From contig JBEKHN010000004.1 of assembly GCA_050012255.1 (NCBI GenBank), forward strand, positions 47,951 to 111,950: a DNA stretch of 64,000 bases, given 5' to 3'. Origin of the DNA: Candidatus Bathyarchaeia archaeon (lineage in GTDB: Archaea; Thermoproteota; Bathyarchaeia; Bathyarchaeales; Bathycorpusculaceae). This document shows positions 46,986 through 57,398 of the stretch, in pieces. The position numbers and the translations under genes are program-made. The notes under the pieces were generated by a model. The model was not told the DNA's origin. It did no database searches and saw only the letters and a program-made list of their open reading frames with translations. Position 1 is the stretch's first letter, and each line of letters opens with the position of its first letter.

Positions 46986-47888
46986 ATGGTAAACGTGGGA
47001 TCGATTATGGTTCAATTGGATCTTTCGCTTCCTTTTGACTTGGACTTCACCTTGTGTTGTGGTCAGACGTTTAGGTGGAAAAAACAGGGCGATTGGTGGT
47101 ACGGTACAGTCGGAGAAAATGTTTTCAAAGTTCGACAGAGCGGAGACAAGCTGGAGGTTGAAAATGCAGGTGAAGCATTTGTCAGGAGATATTTCGGGTT
47201 GAACGATGATCTACGGGAGATTTTTTCTCAAATCAACAAAGACAAGCACATAGGGACAGCGATTGAAGAGTTCAAGGGTCTTCGCATTCTTCGGCAAGAC
47301 CCATGGGAATGTCTCATCTCGTACATCTGTGCAACCTACAAGAATATTGAGGCGATAAAACGGATGTTGCTGCGTCTTTCCAGAAAATTCGGGAAAGAAG
47401 TCGTTCTTGATGGTTACAGTTTCTTCACGTTTCCGACCCCGATGAAACTGGCCAAGGCAACTTCAGAGAATCTAAGAGAATGTGAACTGGGCTACAGAGC
47501 GAAGTACGTTTCACAAACCTCCAAAGAAATTTTCAAAAACGACTATGAGCTGGAACACTTAAAAAAAGCAACCCATGACCAAGCAAAAGAGGAATTGCTC
47601 AGATTTCCCGGAGTGGGCCCCAAGGTGGCAGACTGTGTCCTGCTTTTTTCTCTCGAGAAACTCGATGCTTTTCCAGTCGATGTATGGATCAGAAGAGCAG
47701 TTTTGCGGCATTATGCTAGTAGTTTTCCGAGCGAGTTTGTGGACACTATCTCTCGTGAGAAATCCCTCAGCGGGTCAGGATACAGGCGGCTGAATTTGTT
47801 TGGAAGACAGTACTTTGGCAAGTACGCGGGTTACGCACAAGAATACCTGTATCATAATGAACGCACTCAAGCCCGTAGTCATCCATGA
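46986..47888 (+). CDS. ogg: 8-oxoguanine DNA glycosylase/AP lyase (Ogg, HhH-GPD)
   Basis: OGG_N-like 'DLDFTLCCGQTFRW' and HhH-GPD 'FPGVGPKVADCVLLFSL...AFPVDVWIRR' with the catalytic Lys and Asp contexts. Confidence 0.8.
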   Translation: MVNVGSIMVQLDLSLPFDLDFTLCCGQTFRWKKQGDWWYGTVGENVFKVRQSGDKLEVENAGEAFVRRYFGLNDDLREIFSQINKDKHIGTAIEEFKGLRILRQDPWECLISYICATYKNIEAIKRMLLRLSRKFGKEVVLDGYSFFTFPTPMKLAKATSENLRECELGYRAKYVSQTSKEIFKNDYELEHLKKATHDQAKEELLRFPGVGPKVADCVLLFSLEKLDAFPVDVWIRRAVLRHYASSFPSEFVDTISREKSLSGSGYRRLNLFGRQYFGKYAGYAQEYLYHNERTQARSHP

Positions 47889-47999
47889 TTACAAGCTGGT
47901 TCTGTATGTGATGCCAGCGATTTCATAACGGTGGCCCAAATGCGGAAAACGTTTAAATTGACTCTGAAACAGCATAATAAAGGGATCAAACCAAGGTCT

Positions 48000-48094
48000 G
48001 GGCCCGTAGCTCAGCTAGGTTAGAGCGCCAGGCTCATAAATGTTCAGTGTGTTGAGAGACCTGTTGGTCGGGTGTTCAAATCGCCCCGGGCCCA
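48000..48094 (+). tRNA. tRNA(CAU) (elongator Met or Ile2) with a 20-nt intron at 37/38 (48039-48058)
   Basis: GGGCCCG/CGGGCCC acceptor, GCTC/GAGC D stem and CCAGG-CTCATA[intron]A-CCTGT anticodon arm. T arm GGGTG-TTCAAAT-CGCCC, discriminator A, CCA not encoded. Intron 'AATGTTCAGTGTGTTGAGAG': CTCA pairs with TGAG, flanked by 3-nt bulges TAA and AGA (BHB-like). Confidence 0.8.
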
Positions 48095-48126
48095 CCTTTC
48101 CTGAGTGCGCATGCTCTTGAAGACCC

Positions 48127-48160
48127 GAGACGCTTACAGGTTGCGTCTCCGTTCTTTTTT
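48127..48160 (+). terminator. hairpin plus T6 run downstream of tRNA(CAU)
   Basis: GAGACGC-ttacaggtt-GCGTCTC (7-bp stem) followed by 'CGTTCTTTTTT'. Confidence 0.35.
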
Positions 48161-48238
48161 CGGCTACCAACAATTCCACGGACTTTCTTGGTGACCACCT
48201 TTGGTGTTTCTTCCTCGTCCAGGAGAGAAACGACTGTG

Positions 48239-48718
48239 TTAAGGCTTTAGCCTTGTAACCAGGTTTGCGACCGTCTCCCCAAGATCCTTGCATGATTCAA
48301 TGTCCTTGCCCCTCGGTGAACCCACTGCCGCGGCACCATAGTGTTTGTCATCACACCTTCCTTGGACGATCATGCCGTGGACTAACATTGCCTCAACTAT
48401 TGATAGTAAGGTGGTTTCTGCACCCGTCGCGGTTCCGCCCGAGCTTGTGAAGACTGCTCCCACTTTTCCGTCGAGTTTTCCGTGTATTTTGACCGATTTG
48501 TCAAACATGGTCTTGAGCTTGCCTGACATTTGACCGTAATAGACTGGCGAGCCGATCATGATCCCATCGGCATTGCTCAGGTCTTGAAGACTTGTTTGAC
48601 TGACCTTCTTTAAGGTCACTTCAACGCCTTTGACTCTTTTGACCCCTTCAGCGACGGCAAGCGCCATTTTCTCGGTGTTACCTGTTCGTGAATCGTATAC
48701 GACTAGGATTCTTGCCAT
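48239..48718 (-). CDS. flavodoxin-like fold FMN protein (WrbA/NAD(P)H:quinone oxidoreductase-like)
   Basis: 159 aa with 'ILVVYDSRTGNTEKMA' (FMN phosphate loop) and 'GIMIGSPVYYGQMSG'. Confidence 0.8.
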   Translation of the reverse strand: MARILVVYDSRTGNTEKMALAVAEGVKRVKGVEVTLKKVSQTSLQDLSNADGIMIGSPVYYGQMSGKLKTMFDKSVKIHGKLDGKVGAVFTSSGGTATGAETTLLSIVEAMLVHGMIVQGRCDDKHYGAAAVGSPRGKDIESCKDLGETVANLVTRLKP

Positions 48719-48975
48719 TTCAATCCACGGTCAGCAATTGGCTTTAAGGTTCTCGTATTTTTGGTTCTGCCTTTTTATCGTTTTCCTCTGGCTCTTGAGG
48801 GTGCTTCCTTCATTTTCATTCGCACTATTCTCTCATACTGCAAGTTTGTCACGAACAGATTGTTCCTAACACGTCGTAATTTGAACAATGGTGAATTAGT
48901 GGTTTTGGCTCGCCAGCAGCTTGCGGGTTGTGTATCAAAACTGTTCTTACGTGTTTGCGCTACTGGAGAAATTCC

Positions 48976-49095
48976 TCACTTGGCTTTAACAACTTCTTTG
49001 CTGCAGATGGAGCACAAATCGCGGTCGAGTAATTGAATGAGTTCGGAGGGCTTTAATTCGCATCCACATCTATCGCAAAAGATCTTTCTAACCAT
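48976..49095 (-). CDS. putative 39-aa zinc-ribbon protein
   Basis: 'MVRKIFCDRCGCELKPSELIQLLDRDLCSICSKEVVKAK' has two CxxC pairs 20 residues apart. It is below the ORF-track length cut-off. Confidence 0.35.
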   Translation of the reverse strand: MVRKIFCDRCGCELKPSELIQLLDRDLCSICSKEVVKAK

Positions 49096-49265
49096 GCTTG
49101 CCATCAACCCAAACTGTCTGAGCGAGACACTGAATTATTTTGGGAGCGACGTTAAAAAGGCATATTCCCAAACTGCAACATTTGAGTCAACATGGTCTCA
49201 TTGTTTCTGGGTGGACTAGAAGATTGTTCCATAAGCTATAAGTGATCAAAATGGTACTAGAGACT

Positions 49266-49404
49266 GTAAATGAGGGAAATGGTCTGTCACTTCGATGGGA
49301 GAAAGGAGAGAAGGGAGCAGAAATTAACTCTTCCATTTCCCTCATTCACTTTCCCTAATCAATGCATATGTTACTTTTAAATTTTTTCCTGTTTTTTGAA
49401 TTTT
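49266..49404 (+). ncRNA. candidate small structured RNA: long hairpin followed by oligo-T tracts
   Basis: Perfect 14-nt inverted repeat AATGAGGGAAATGG (49269-49282) / CCATTTCCCTCATT (49333-49346), extendable to 17 with one mismatch. The 50-nt purine-rich loop reads 'GGGAGAAAGGAGAGAAGGGAGCAG'. A TATA-like 'AAGCTATAAGTG' lies at 49233-49244. T4-T6 runs lie at 49375-49404. No credible ORF. Confidence 0.3.
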
Positions 49405-49522
49405 ATTCTCACAAAAATGACAAAAAAGTGCTTTTAGCTCATGGCTTGCCCGATTTCTTGTTTGAATCTCTTCTCTTCCAAGAAAAATGCGTGTAGGCCA
49501 TGCTGAAAACAGCCACATAATC

Positions 49523-50080
49523 CTAACTGAATTCTCTTATTATCTGCTCAACTGTCATTATCTTCGCGTTGTAGATGTCTTTCAAGTATTTGAGTCCTTG
49601 TTCATGGTCTTCTAGGGTGAAGGCTTCGACCCCATCTTCTGCGACTGTGATCTTGTATCCTCTGAAGAAAGCGTCCGCAGCTGTGTGTCTGACACATATG
49701 TTCGTATGCAAGCCTGTGATGATAACGGTCTTGACGCCTTCTCCGTGGTACAAGCCTCTCAGCAGCATGTCTAAGCCTGTCTCGTGGAAGCCGCTGTACG
49801 TTCTCTTTTCGACGACATAATCCTTCTTGGTGGGTCTCAGCGCGGGAATCACTTCTGCTCCCGCAGTGCCCTTTATGGCGTGTTTTCCCCACTTTGCAAC
49901 GACCTCCTGGTCTAGAGGAAGATGCGCATCGTTGCTATAGATGATTGGCACTCCGTGTTTGCGGGCGGCCACGATAAGTTTTTTCAAGTTTGGAATTATG
50001 TGCAACGCTCTCTCGCACTTTAAGTCTCCAGTGACGAAGTCGTTGAGCATGTCAAGAACTATTACGGCTTTTCTGTCCAA
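49523..50080 (-). CDS. isochorismatase-family cysteine hydrolase (nicotinamidase-like)
   Basis: 185 aa with 'AVIVLDMLNDF', 'KWGKHAIKGT' and 'IITGLHTNICVRHTAADA' (catalytic Cys context). Confidence 0.85.
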   Translation of the reverse strand: MDRKAVIVLDMLNDFVTGDLKCERALHIIPNLKKLIVAARKHGVPIIYSNDAHLPLDQEVVAKWGKHAIKGTAGAEVIPALRPTKKDYVVEKRTYSGFHETGLDMLLRGLYHGEGVKTVIITGLHTNICVRHTAADAFFRGYKITVAEDGVEAFTLEDHEQGLKYLKDIYNAKIMTVEQIIREFS

Positions 50081-50140
50081 TAGAATCGTGCTCCTGAAAC
50101 TATCTGAATGAAAAGGGACGAAAAATAGTTTATGGTAGAC

Positions 50141-51214
50141 TCATCTTGCAGTTTCCAGACTGTAGAAGCCATCAGTGAACTTCTCCGACACGCGTTGTTT
50201 CACAAGTACGCTGTCTTCGATTCGGACGCCTCCGAAACCCGGAATGTATATGCCTGGTTCGTCCGTTACTACGTTTCCAACAGCTAGCCTATCCTTGCTA
50301 ATCGGAGACAACCCTGGCCCTTCGTGAACTTCTAGCCCTACTCCATGACCCAAACCATGATTGAAATACTCGCCGTAACCTGCATCCTCTATTATCTTGC
50401 GGGCTGCTTGATCCACGTCTTTCCCTCGTGCTTTGGCCCTTATTGCCTGATAAGCCTCTTCTTCGGCTGTCTTGACGACCTCGTAGAGTTTCTCTTGCTT
50501 GTCTGATGGTTTTCCGGCGACGAAAGTTCTTGTCATGTCAGAACGGTAATACTCGTAAATTGCGCCGATGTCAACGACTATCAGGTCGTCCTTGCGGATT
50601 TTTCTCTCAGCGCAGCCACCGTGAGGGTATGCAGAGCGGATGCCCGAGGCCACGATCGTGTCAAACGCTGTTCCGTAGCCTCCTTTCTTCCGCATTGCGT
50701 ACTCGATTTCGGCTGCGACCTCGATCTCAGTCACGTCAGGCCTTATTGTTTCGTAAGCGGCTTTCATGCCTGCTACTGTTATTTCCCCAGCCTTTCGCAT
50801 GCGGTTGAGTTCTTCGTTGTCCTTTACCTTACGCAGTCCGTTGACGAGGTCTCCTTGCACTTTCAGTTTTGCGTGTCCACGAATGGCTTTTGCGAGGAGA
50901 CGGTGGAGTTCGTAGCTGAGCGTGTCTGACGCGAGTTTCTTAACCTTCAACGCTTTGAGACCTGGGCCGATTTTCTCACCGAGTTTTTCGCCTCTTTTGA
51001 GGAGTTCAACCTTGAACCCTTTTGCTTCTGCTTTTGTCTGCTCGTAGTTGACGCCGTAGACGTAGATCGTGTTTTCCCCTTTCTTTGGAATCAGAAGGCA
51101 CGCTGCGCCGGGGATTCCTGTTAAATACAGCAGGTTAGACTCGTTTGCCACAAGAAATGCATCAAAATCTTTCTTTTCAAAGGCCAGTTCTTTAAGAGCA
51201 TCGATCCTCTTCAA
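50141..51214 (-). CDS. M24B Xaa-Pro aminopeptidase/dipeptidase
   Basis: 357 aa. Metal ligand contexts '[18 protein letters not shown]', '[13 protein letters not shown]', 'TDEPGIY' and 'RIEDSV'. Confidence 0.88.
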   Translation of the reverse strand: MKRIDALKELAFEKKDFDAFLVANESNLLYLTGIPGAACLLIPKKGENTIYVYGVNYEQTKAEAKGFKVELLKRGEKLGEKIGPGLKALKVKKLASDTLSYELHRLLAKAIRGHAKLKVQGDLVNGLRKVKDNEELNRMRKAGEITVAGMKAAYETIRPDVTEIEVAAEIEYAMRKKGGYGTAFDTIVASGIRSAYPHGGCAERKIRKDDLIVVDIGAIYEYYRSDMTRTFVAGKPSDKQEKLYEVVKTAEEEAYQAIRAKARGKDVDQAARKIIEDAGYGEYFNHGLGHGVGLEVHEGPGLSPISKDRLAVGNVVTDEPGIYIPGFGGVRIEDSVLVKQRVSEKFTDGFYSLETAR

Positions 51215-51277
51215 TGGTGTTCACCGCTATGAAAGAATCTTTTACTACGGGTTCTTGGCTAAAATGCTTTGCTCTTC

Positions 51278-51568
51278 TCAGCCGCCGCTAACCACGGGCA
51301 TCAAGATAACGTGATCCCCGTTTTTGAGTTTAGTTTCAACACCCTTTAGCTGGTTGAGCAGGTACCCGTTCACAGTGGCCATGAAGTTTGATTTCACGTC
51401 TGTACCGCCAGATTCGTAGACAGCTTTCTTGAAGGGCTCACCATATTTTCTCGACAGCAACGCAAGCAGGTCGGCGATTGACGAGTCGTTTCTCATCTCA
51501 ATTTCCTCTTGCCTCTTGTCGCCCGTCATGTTTTTGATGTGTCCGAGGTATTCAACCTTGACTTTCAA
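51278..51568 (-). CDS. MoaD/ThiS-family ubiquitin-like small protein (SAMP-like) ending in Gly-Gly
   Basis: The TTG start at 51568 gives '(M)KVKVEYLGHIKNMTG...NGDHVILMPVVSGG*'. This is a beta-grasp pattern with a C-terminal GG immediately before the stop. Confidence 0.7.
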   Translation of the reverse strand: MKVKVEYLGHIKNMTGDKRQEEIEMRNDSSIADLLALLSRKYGEPFKKAVYESGGTDVKSNFMATVNGYLLNQLKGVETKLKNGDHVILMPVVSGG

Positions 51569-51892
51569 CGCTGGGCACCGATCTCTTCTATGTAATCCTA
51601 GAGTCAATGTCGTTATATATTCGTTTCAGTCTACGCCTCGCACAGAAGCAGTATGCAAAAGACACATTCAAAACACAAGTGACGGCCCATCCATCTTCTC
51701 AAAGCCCAAGTTGAACGCCTGATGTGAGAGCCTTAACCCTGGGTGGGTAGATGAAATGGGAGGGAAACCACCGAAAACAGTTATGCAGGGCACATCTCAA
51801 GATACTTACCGTTAGCTGAGGATCTTCCTTCATCCATCAAGAACGTTCATTTAAACAATTCTTTTATGTTCGCCGAATAGTCTAGTTTCTAG

Positions 51893-53584
51893 GTGCCTTC
51901 GATGATGTTTAACAAAAAGAAACTGGATGACATTCAGAAACAAATGGAAAACTGGGAGAAGGAAACGGTCGTGAAGAGTTTCGACAGGCTTCCAGAAAGA
52001 GGCGAGTTGTTAACAGGCTCAGGCATCCCTGTGAACAGACTCTACACTCCAATTGACGTGGCAGAATTCGATTACATGAACCAACAGGGTTTTCCAGGGC
52101 AGTATCCGCTTACGCGTGGTGTCTACCCAACGATGTATCGTGCCCGCTTTTGGACCATGCGGCAGTATGCGGGTTTTGGTACGGCTGAACAGACAAACAA
52201 GCGTTTCAGGTACTTGCTCGAACACGGACAAACTGGGTTGAGCGTTGCTTTCGACTTTCCAACGCAGGTTGGATACGACTGTGACCATCCCATGGCGCTC
52301 GGCGAGGTCGGGAAGGTCGGAGTCAGCACGAGCACGCTCAGAGACATGGAGATCCTCTTTGACGGAATCCCGCTTGACAAGGTAACAACGTCAATGACGA
52401 TCAACGCCCCTGCAAATGTACTGCTTGCAATGTATGCCGCCGTGGGGGATAAACAGGGTGTTAAACAATCGCTGCTTGGCGGCACAGTTCAGAACGATGT
52501 TCTGAAGGAATACGTGGCCCGAGGCATGTACATATTTCCACCGAAACCATCGATGCGCATGATTACAGACATCTTCGTTTACTGCAGCCAGAACATGCCA
52601 CAGTGGAACACCATAAGCGTGAGCGGCTATCACATACGCGAGGCCGGCTCTACTGCTGTTCAGGAAGTTGCTTTCACATTGGCAAACGCCATTGCCTATG
52701 TACAAGCAGCCATCGACCGAGGCTTGGACGTGGACAAGTTTGCAGGAAGGCTGTCCTTCTTCTTCGCTGCCCACAACAACTTCTTCGAAGAAGTTGCAAA
52801 GTTCAGGGCAGCACGCCGGCTATGGGCGAACATCATGCGAGAACGATTCAAAGCCAAGAATCTAAACTCGTGGATGCTTCGTTTCCACACCCAGACATCT
52901 GGAGTTTCACTCACGGCTCAGCAACCGTACAACAACGTTGTACGCGTGGCTTTGCAGGCTTTGTCAGCAGTTCTGGGAGGAACCCAGTCTCTGCACACCA
53001 ACTCATTCGATGAAGCTTATGCTTTGCCCAGCGAGCATGCTGTGACGGTTGCCTTGAGGACCCAGCAGATAATCGCCTATGAAAGCGGAGTCGTAGATAC
53101 TGTTGACCCCTTGGCTGGGTCATACTACATTGAGCACATGACGAATGAAATTGAAGAGAGAGCACGAAAGTACATTGACAGAATTGACAATATGGGCGGC
53201 GCGGTCGCTGCGATTGAGAAGGGTTTCATGCAGCGTGAGATCACCGAGAGCGCTTATCGCTTCCAGAAGGAAGTCGAGGCCAAGAAGAGAATTGTTGTCG
53301 GCGTGAACGACTTCATCGGTGAAGAAGAGGTTCCGATCAAGACCTTACAGGTAGACCCGATAGTAGAAAAGACTCTTGTCGAACGGTTAAAGAAGATAAA
53401 AAACAAGAGAAACCAGCCCAAGGTTAACGAGGCACTAGACAGGTTGCGCATTGCAGCTGAACGCGAAAACGAGAGTCTGATGCCCTTCATGCTTAAGGCC
53501 GTCAAGGAATATGCAACTTTGGGCGAAATATGCGGCACTCTGCGCGAAGTTTTCGGTGAGTATAAACCGCCTTCCATCTTTTAG
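51893..53584 (+). CDS. methylmalonyl-CoA mutase, large (catalytic TIM-barrel) subunit without the B12-binding domain
   Basis: 563 aa with '[48 protein letters not shown]', 'NDVLKEY' and 'SGYHIREAG'. It ends before any 'DxHxxG' cobalamin-binding domain. Confidence 0.9.
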   Translation: MPSMMFNKKKLDDIQKQMENWEKETVVKSFDRLPERGELLTGSGIPVNRLYTPIDVAEFDYMNQQGFPGQYPLTRGVYPTMYRARFWTMRQYAGFGTAEQTNKRFRYLLEHGQTGLSVAFDFPTQVGYDCDHPMALGEVGKVGVSTSTLRDMEILFDGIPLDKVTTSMTINAPANVLLAMYAAVGDKQGVKQSLLGGTVQNDVLKEYVARGMYIFPPKPSMRMITDIFVYCSQNMPQWNTISVSGYHIREAGSTAVQEVAFTLANAIAYVQAAIDRGLDVDKFAGRLSFFFAAHNNFFEEVAKFRAARRLWANIMRERFKAKNLNSWMLRFHTQTSGVSLTAQQPYNNVVRVALQALSAVLGGTQSLHTNSFDEAYALPSEHAVTVALRTQQIIAYESGVVDTVDPLAGSYYIEHMTNEIEERARKYIDRIDNMGGAVAAIEKGFMQREITESAYRFQKEVEAKKRIVVGVNDFIGEEEVPIKTLQVDPIVEKTLVERLKKIKNKRNQPKVNEALDRLRIAAERENESLMPFMLKAVKEYATLGEICGTLREVFGEYKPPSIF

Positions 53585-54135
53585 CCGATCATCAGAAGCG
53601 GCTCTCCCTCGCTCACTGAGGAGCCATCAGAAACGTAAATTTCTTTCACGGCGCCGGCCTTGGGCGCGATTATTTCGTTTTCCATTTTCATGGCTTCGAT
53701 GACACAGAGCACTTGGCCCGCCTTGACATCGTCGCCCTTCTTGACCTTGACCGAAACTATCTTACCAGTCATCGGCGCCGTTATGCCACCTTCAACAGCC
53801 TGTCTGTTTGCAGCTGCTCTCTTTGTTGGCGTTGCCACAGTCGGCTCAAATGCGGTTAGAGATGCTTTTCTCGCAGGTACTTTAACCTCGGCTTTGAACG
53901 TTGCTTCCTCAACCCTCACCGAGAATTCTTTCCCTCGATTTATCTTAGGCAATTCGACGTCGTAGTTTTTGTTGTCTACTTTCAGAGTGAACGGTTTTTC
54001 AAGGTCCAGTGCGCTGGTCACGAATTCCACGCTGCGAGCCTTGCCGTCTACTCTGATGCTGAAAGAGCTTTGGCCAGTTCTTGTCACCTCGACCTTTTTG
54101 GGCTTGTCGTCGATGAAAACTTCGTACTCTGGCAT
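53581..54135 (-). CDS. biotin carboxyl carrier protein (1.3S-like) with N-terminal extension
   Basis: 184 aa with the C-terminal biotinyl domain '[17 protein letters not shown]' (the AMKM biotin-Lys motif). The start is 3 nt after the 5S gene stop. Confidence 0.8.
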   Translation of the reverse strand: MPEYEVFIDDKPKKVEVTRTGQSSFSIRVDGKARSVEFVTSALDLEKPFTLKVDNKNYDVELPKINRGKEFSVRVEEATFKAEVKVPARKASLTAFEPTVATPTKRAAANRQAVEGGITAPMTGKIVSVKVKKGDDVKAGQVLCVIEAMKMENEIIAPKAGAVKEIYVSDGSSVSEGEPLLMIG

Positions 54136-54137
54136 CG

Positions 54138-55682
54138 TTATGCACCGTGCTCTGCTTGGTTTTGGCGAGCAGCTAACACCCAGTATGAGTGCGTGTTTTT
54201 GGCTCTCTGCACCGTGAGTGCTTTCGTTCCTGACGAGCTTTGCAGATGGTTTACAGCCGCCACTGAAAGAGCAGCCACTTCCTCAAGCTCCGCTAGCCTT
54301 TCTGGTTGTATTCCAGGCTTGGCTTCTTCGCGTCTTGCTTTTCTTTTCTTGAAGAATTCTAGAGCGGGTTGTGGGAACAACGCGTAGGTAATCTTGTCTT
54401 CTTCAGATTCAATGAAAGGCATCACATCTTCCGGGATCTTGCCAAGGGCTGGCTCAAGCAGGTCGGCAGGACGGCATGTGATGGTTTTTTCATCACCGAT
54501 AATTCTCTTCTTTACCTTCTCGTCGATAGGCGCTGGAGGCTTGCCGTACAGGCCTTTCACGTAATCTTTTATCTCTTTAGGGACGATGCTGTATCTCTTG
54601 CCCGAAATAACGTTCAAGACGGCTTGTATCCCAACGAGTTGACTGGTCGGCGTGACGAGAGGCGGATAGCCCAGCTCCTTTCTCACTTTCGGCACTTCTG
54701 CGAGCACTTCATTCAACCTGTCCGATGCTTTCTGTTCTCTCAGCTGTTCGAGCAGGTTTGAGAACATTCCGCCCGGAATTTGGTGCACAATTATTGAGGC
54801 GTCAACTCTTTCAGCCTTTGGGTCTATCAGTTTCAACGGGTCGTAGTACTTCTCGCGCAGTTCACGGAAGTACTGTGCAATACCGTTAAGCAACTCGCTG
54901 TCTAGGCCCGTGTCGTAAGGGGTCCCTTTCAGGGCAGCGACGACTGATTCCACAGGCGGTTGTGATGTGCCCCACGCCAACGGGGAGAACGCCGTGTCCA
55001 AGATATCCACGCCTGCTTCGCAAGCGTGAAAGTAGGTCATCATGACCATGCCGCTCGTGCTGTGACTGTGCAGGTGTATTGGTAGGCCCACTTCTTTTTT
55101 CAGGGCAGAAATGAGGACGTAGGCCTGTTGGGGAGCGAGCATTCCGGCCATGTCCTTGATGCATATCGAATCGCAGTCTAATTCGGCAAGTTTCTTGGCA
55201 ACCTCCACGAAGTATTCAACGGTGTGGAACGGGCTGATGGTGTAGCTGATGGTGCCTTGAGCGTGTCCACCCACCTTTTTGACCGTCTTGATGGCGACTT
55301 CCATGTTTCTTATGTCGTTTAACGCATCGAACACACGGAAAATGTCTATGCCGTTCTCAGCTGCTTTCTCTACGAATTTTATGACAACATCATCGGGATA
55401 GTTCCGGTAGCCGACGATGTTTTGTCCCCGAAGAAGCATTTGAAGCGGTGTCCTCTTGACACGGCGTTTCAGCTGACGGATCCGCTCCCATGGGTCCTCA
55501 GAAAGATACCGGATGCTGACGTCGAAAGTGGCTCCGCCCCATGCTTCAAGCGAAAAAAAACCAACCTGATCCATTTTCTCAGCTATAGGCAGCATCGTGT
55601 CCGTTCGCATTCTCGTTGCTATCAGGCTTTGATGCGCATCCCGGAAGGTCGTATCAGTGATTTTTACTGGTTTCGGAACCAA
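54138..55682 (-). CDS. 5S-type carboxyltransferase (oxaloacetate decarboxylase alpha / pyruvate carboxylase B / transcarboxylase 5S)
   Basis: 514 aa with 'ITDTTFRDAHQSL', 'LEAWGGATFD', 'MLLRGQN.VGY', 'FRVFDALND', 'ICIKDMAG' and 'LHSHSTSG'. There is no fused biotinyl domain. Confidence 0.88.
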   Translation of the reverse strand: MVPKPVKITDTTFRDAHQSLIATRMRTDTMLPIAEKMDQVGFFSLEAWGGATFDVSIRYLSEDPWERIRQLKRRVKRTPLQMLLRGQNIVGYRNYPDDVVIKFVEKAAENGIDIFRVFDALNDIRNMEVAIKTVKKVGGHAQGTISYTISPFHTVEYFVEVAKKLAELDCDSICIKDMAGMLAPQQAYVLISALKKEVGLPIHLHSHSTSGMVMMTYFHACEAGVDILDTAFSPLAWGTSQPPVESVVAALKGTPYDTGLDSELLNGIAQYFRELREKYYDPLKLIDPKAERVDASIIVHQIPGGMFSNLLEQLREQKASDRLNEVLAEVPKVRKELGYPPLVTPTSQLVGIQAVLNVISGKRYSIVPKEIKDYVKGLYGKPPAPIDEKVKKRIIGDEKTITCRPADLLEPALGKIPEDVMPFIESEEDKITYALFPQPALEFFKKRKARREEAKPGIQPERLAELEEVAALSVAAVNHLQSSSGTKALTVQRAKNTHSYWVLAARQNQAEHGA

Positions 55683-55746
55683 CGCTGGCTACCTCTGCAG
55701 TCTGCTAGGACTCGGAATGTGAAAAATGAGTTGAAGGTGTATTAAT

Positions 55747-57315
55747 CTATAATGGTAAGTTTGAATGCTTTCGTGATGGTCTGGCTTCGCGTTTGGTGGC
55801 CAAACTTTCGAGGGCACTGATGAGTTTGGGTCGGGTTTCCGCTGGTTCGATCACTTCGTCTATGTAGCCTTTCTGTGCTGCTATGTATGGGCTTGCGAAT
55901 TTTTGGCGGTATTCGCTAACGAGTTCCCCGTGCTTCTGCTTCGGGTCCTTTGCTTCGGCTATTTCTTTTCTGAAGATGATGTTTATGGCGCCTTGTGGTC
56001 CCATGACGGCTATTTCTGCTGTTGGCCAAGCGTAGTTTATGTCTGCGCCGCTGTGTTTTGAACCCATAACGTCGTAGGCTCCGCCGTAGTCTTTTCTTAG
56101 GATGACTGTGACTTTTGGCACGGTTGCTTCGCAGTAGGCGTAGAGCAGTTTTGAGCCGTGTTTGATAATTCCGCCGTGCTCTTGTTCTATTCCCGGCAGG
56201 AATCCTGGGACATCTACAAAGGTTACTATTGGGATGTTGAAGGCGTCGCAGAAGCGTACGAATCTTCCCGCTTTCATTGAACTGTTTATGTCCAGTGCAC
56301 CTGAGTAGTGGGCAGGCTGGTTAGCGACGATTCCCACTGTTCTGCCGTTTAGACGCGCGAAGCCTACCGCTATGTTCGGCGCCCAGAGGGATTGAATTTC
56401 GAAGAACTCACCGCTGTCCACCACACGGCGGATGACTTCTTTGACGTCGTATGGCTTATCCGAGTCGTCAGGTAAAATTCTGGCCAAGGCTTCATCAGTG
56501 CGGTTCGGGTCGTCGCCTGTTTCAAGAATAGGCGGGTCTTCCAAGTAGTTGCTGGGCAAGTAGCTCAAGAGTTTCTTGACGATCTGTATGCAATGTTGCT
56601 CGTCTCTTGCGATGAAGTGTGTCACTCCGCTGGTCTGACCGTGAACCATTGCTCCGCCCAATTCTTCGAATGTCACTTCCTGTCCCAGAACGGTTTTGAC
56701 GACGTCTGGGCCCGTGATGAACATGTGACTTGTCTTATCAACCATTATTATGAAGTCCGTAAGCGCTGGTGAATACACGGCTCCTCCTGCACATGGCCCC
56801 ATTATAGCGGAAATCTGCGGTATCACACCCGAGCTTGTGACGTTTCGGAAGAAGATGTCCCCGTATCCGGCGAGGCTTGCTACGCCCTCCTGTATGCGAG
56901 CGCCGCCGCTGTCGTTCAAGCCTATGAAGGGTGCACCTGTTTTCATGGCTAAATCCATCAGCTTGCAGACCTTCTTTGCGAACATCTCGCCCAATGAGCC
57001 TCCGAAGACTGTGAAGTCCTGAGAGAAAACGTAGACCAATCGACCATCAATCGTGCCATAGCCCGTTACAACACCGTCTCCAAGGAACTTCTTTTCTCCC
57101 AAGCCGAATTCTGTGCATTGGTGAACAACAAACCTGTCGATTTCGTTGAAGCTTCCCGGATCTAAAAGTAGGTCAATGCGTTCTCTGGCCGCCAATTTGC
57201 CCTTAGCATGCTGTTCTTCGACCCGTTTTTGTCCACCGCCAAGCTCGGCCTGCTTCTCGAGTTCTTTCAGGTGTTTGATCTTCTCCTCGACTGTGGGCTC
57301 CTTTGTCGGGCTCAT
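55747..57315 (-). CDS. 12S-type carboxyltransferase (propionyl-CoA carboxylase beta / methylmalonyl-CoA decarboxylase alpha)
   Basis: 522 aa with '[23 protein letters not shown]', '[10 protein letters not shown]', '[11 protein letters not shown]', '[12 protein letters not shown]' and '[12 protein letters not shown]'. Confidence 0.9.
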   Translation of the reverse strand: MSPTKEPTVEEKIKHLKELEKQAELGGGQKRVEEQHAKGKLAARERIDLLLDPGSFNEIDRFVVHQCTEFGLGEKKFLGDGVVTGYGTIDGRLVYVFSQDFTVFGGSLGEMFAKKVCKLMDLAMKTGAPFIGLNDSGGARIQEGVASLAGYGDIFFRNVTSSGVIPQISAIMGPCAGGAVYSPALTDFIIMVDKTSHMFITGPDVVKTVLGQEVTFEELGGAMVHGQTSGVTHFIARDEQHCIQIVKKLLSYLPSNYLEDPPILETGDDPNRTDEALARILPDDSDKPYDVKEVIRRVVDSGEFFEIQSLWAPNIAVGFARLNGRTVGIVANQPAHYSGALDINSSMKAGRFVRFCDAFNIPIVTFVDVPGFLPGIEQEHGGIIKHGSKLLYAYCEATVPKVTVILRKDYGGAYDVMGSKHSGADINYAWPTAEIAVMGPQGAINIIFRKEIAEAKDPKQKHGELVSEYRQKFASPYIAAQKGYIDEVIEPAETRPKLISALESLATKREARPSRKHSNLPL

Positions 57316-57398
57316 TCAATCCCCCGTATTCTTGACTATACTGTTATGCATGTATTTAGAACAAACGGGAGTTTCATCAAACATTCACATATAGAGAA

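Noticed and set aside
48015-48293. 92-aa minus-strand ORF overlapping tRNA(CAU) and the terminator hairpin
   Set aside because: It overlaps a well-folded tRNA gene and the flavodoxin-like gene 3' end. It has no protein-like features.
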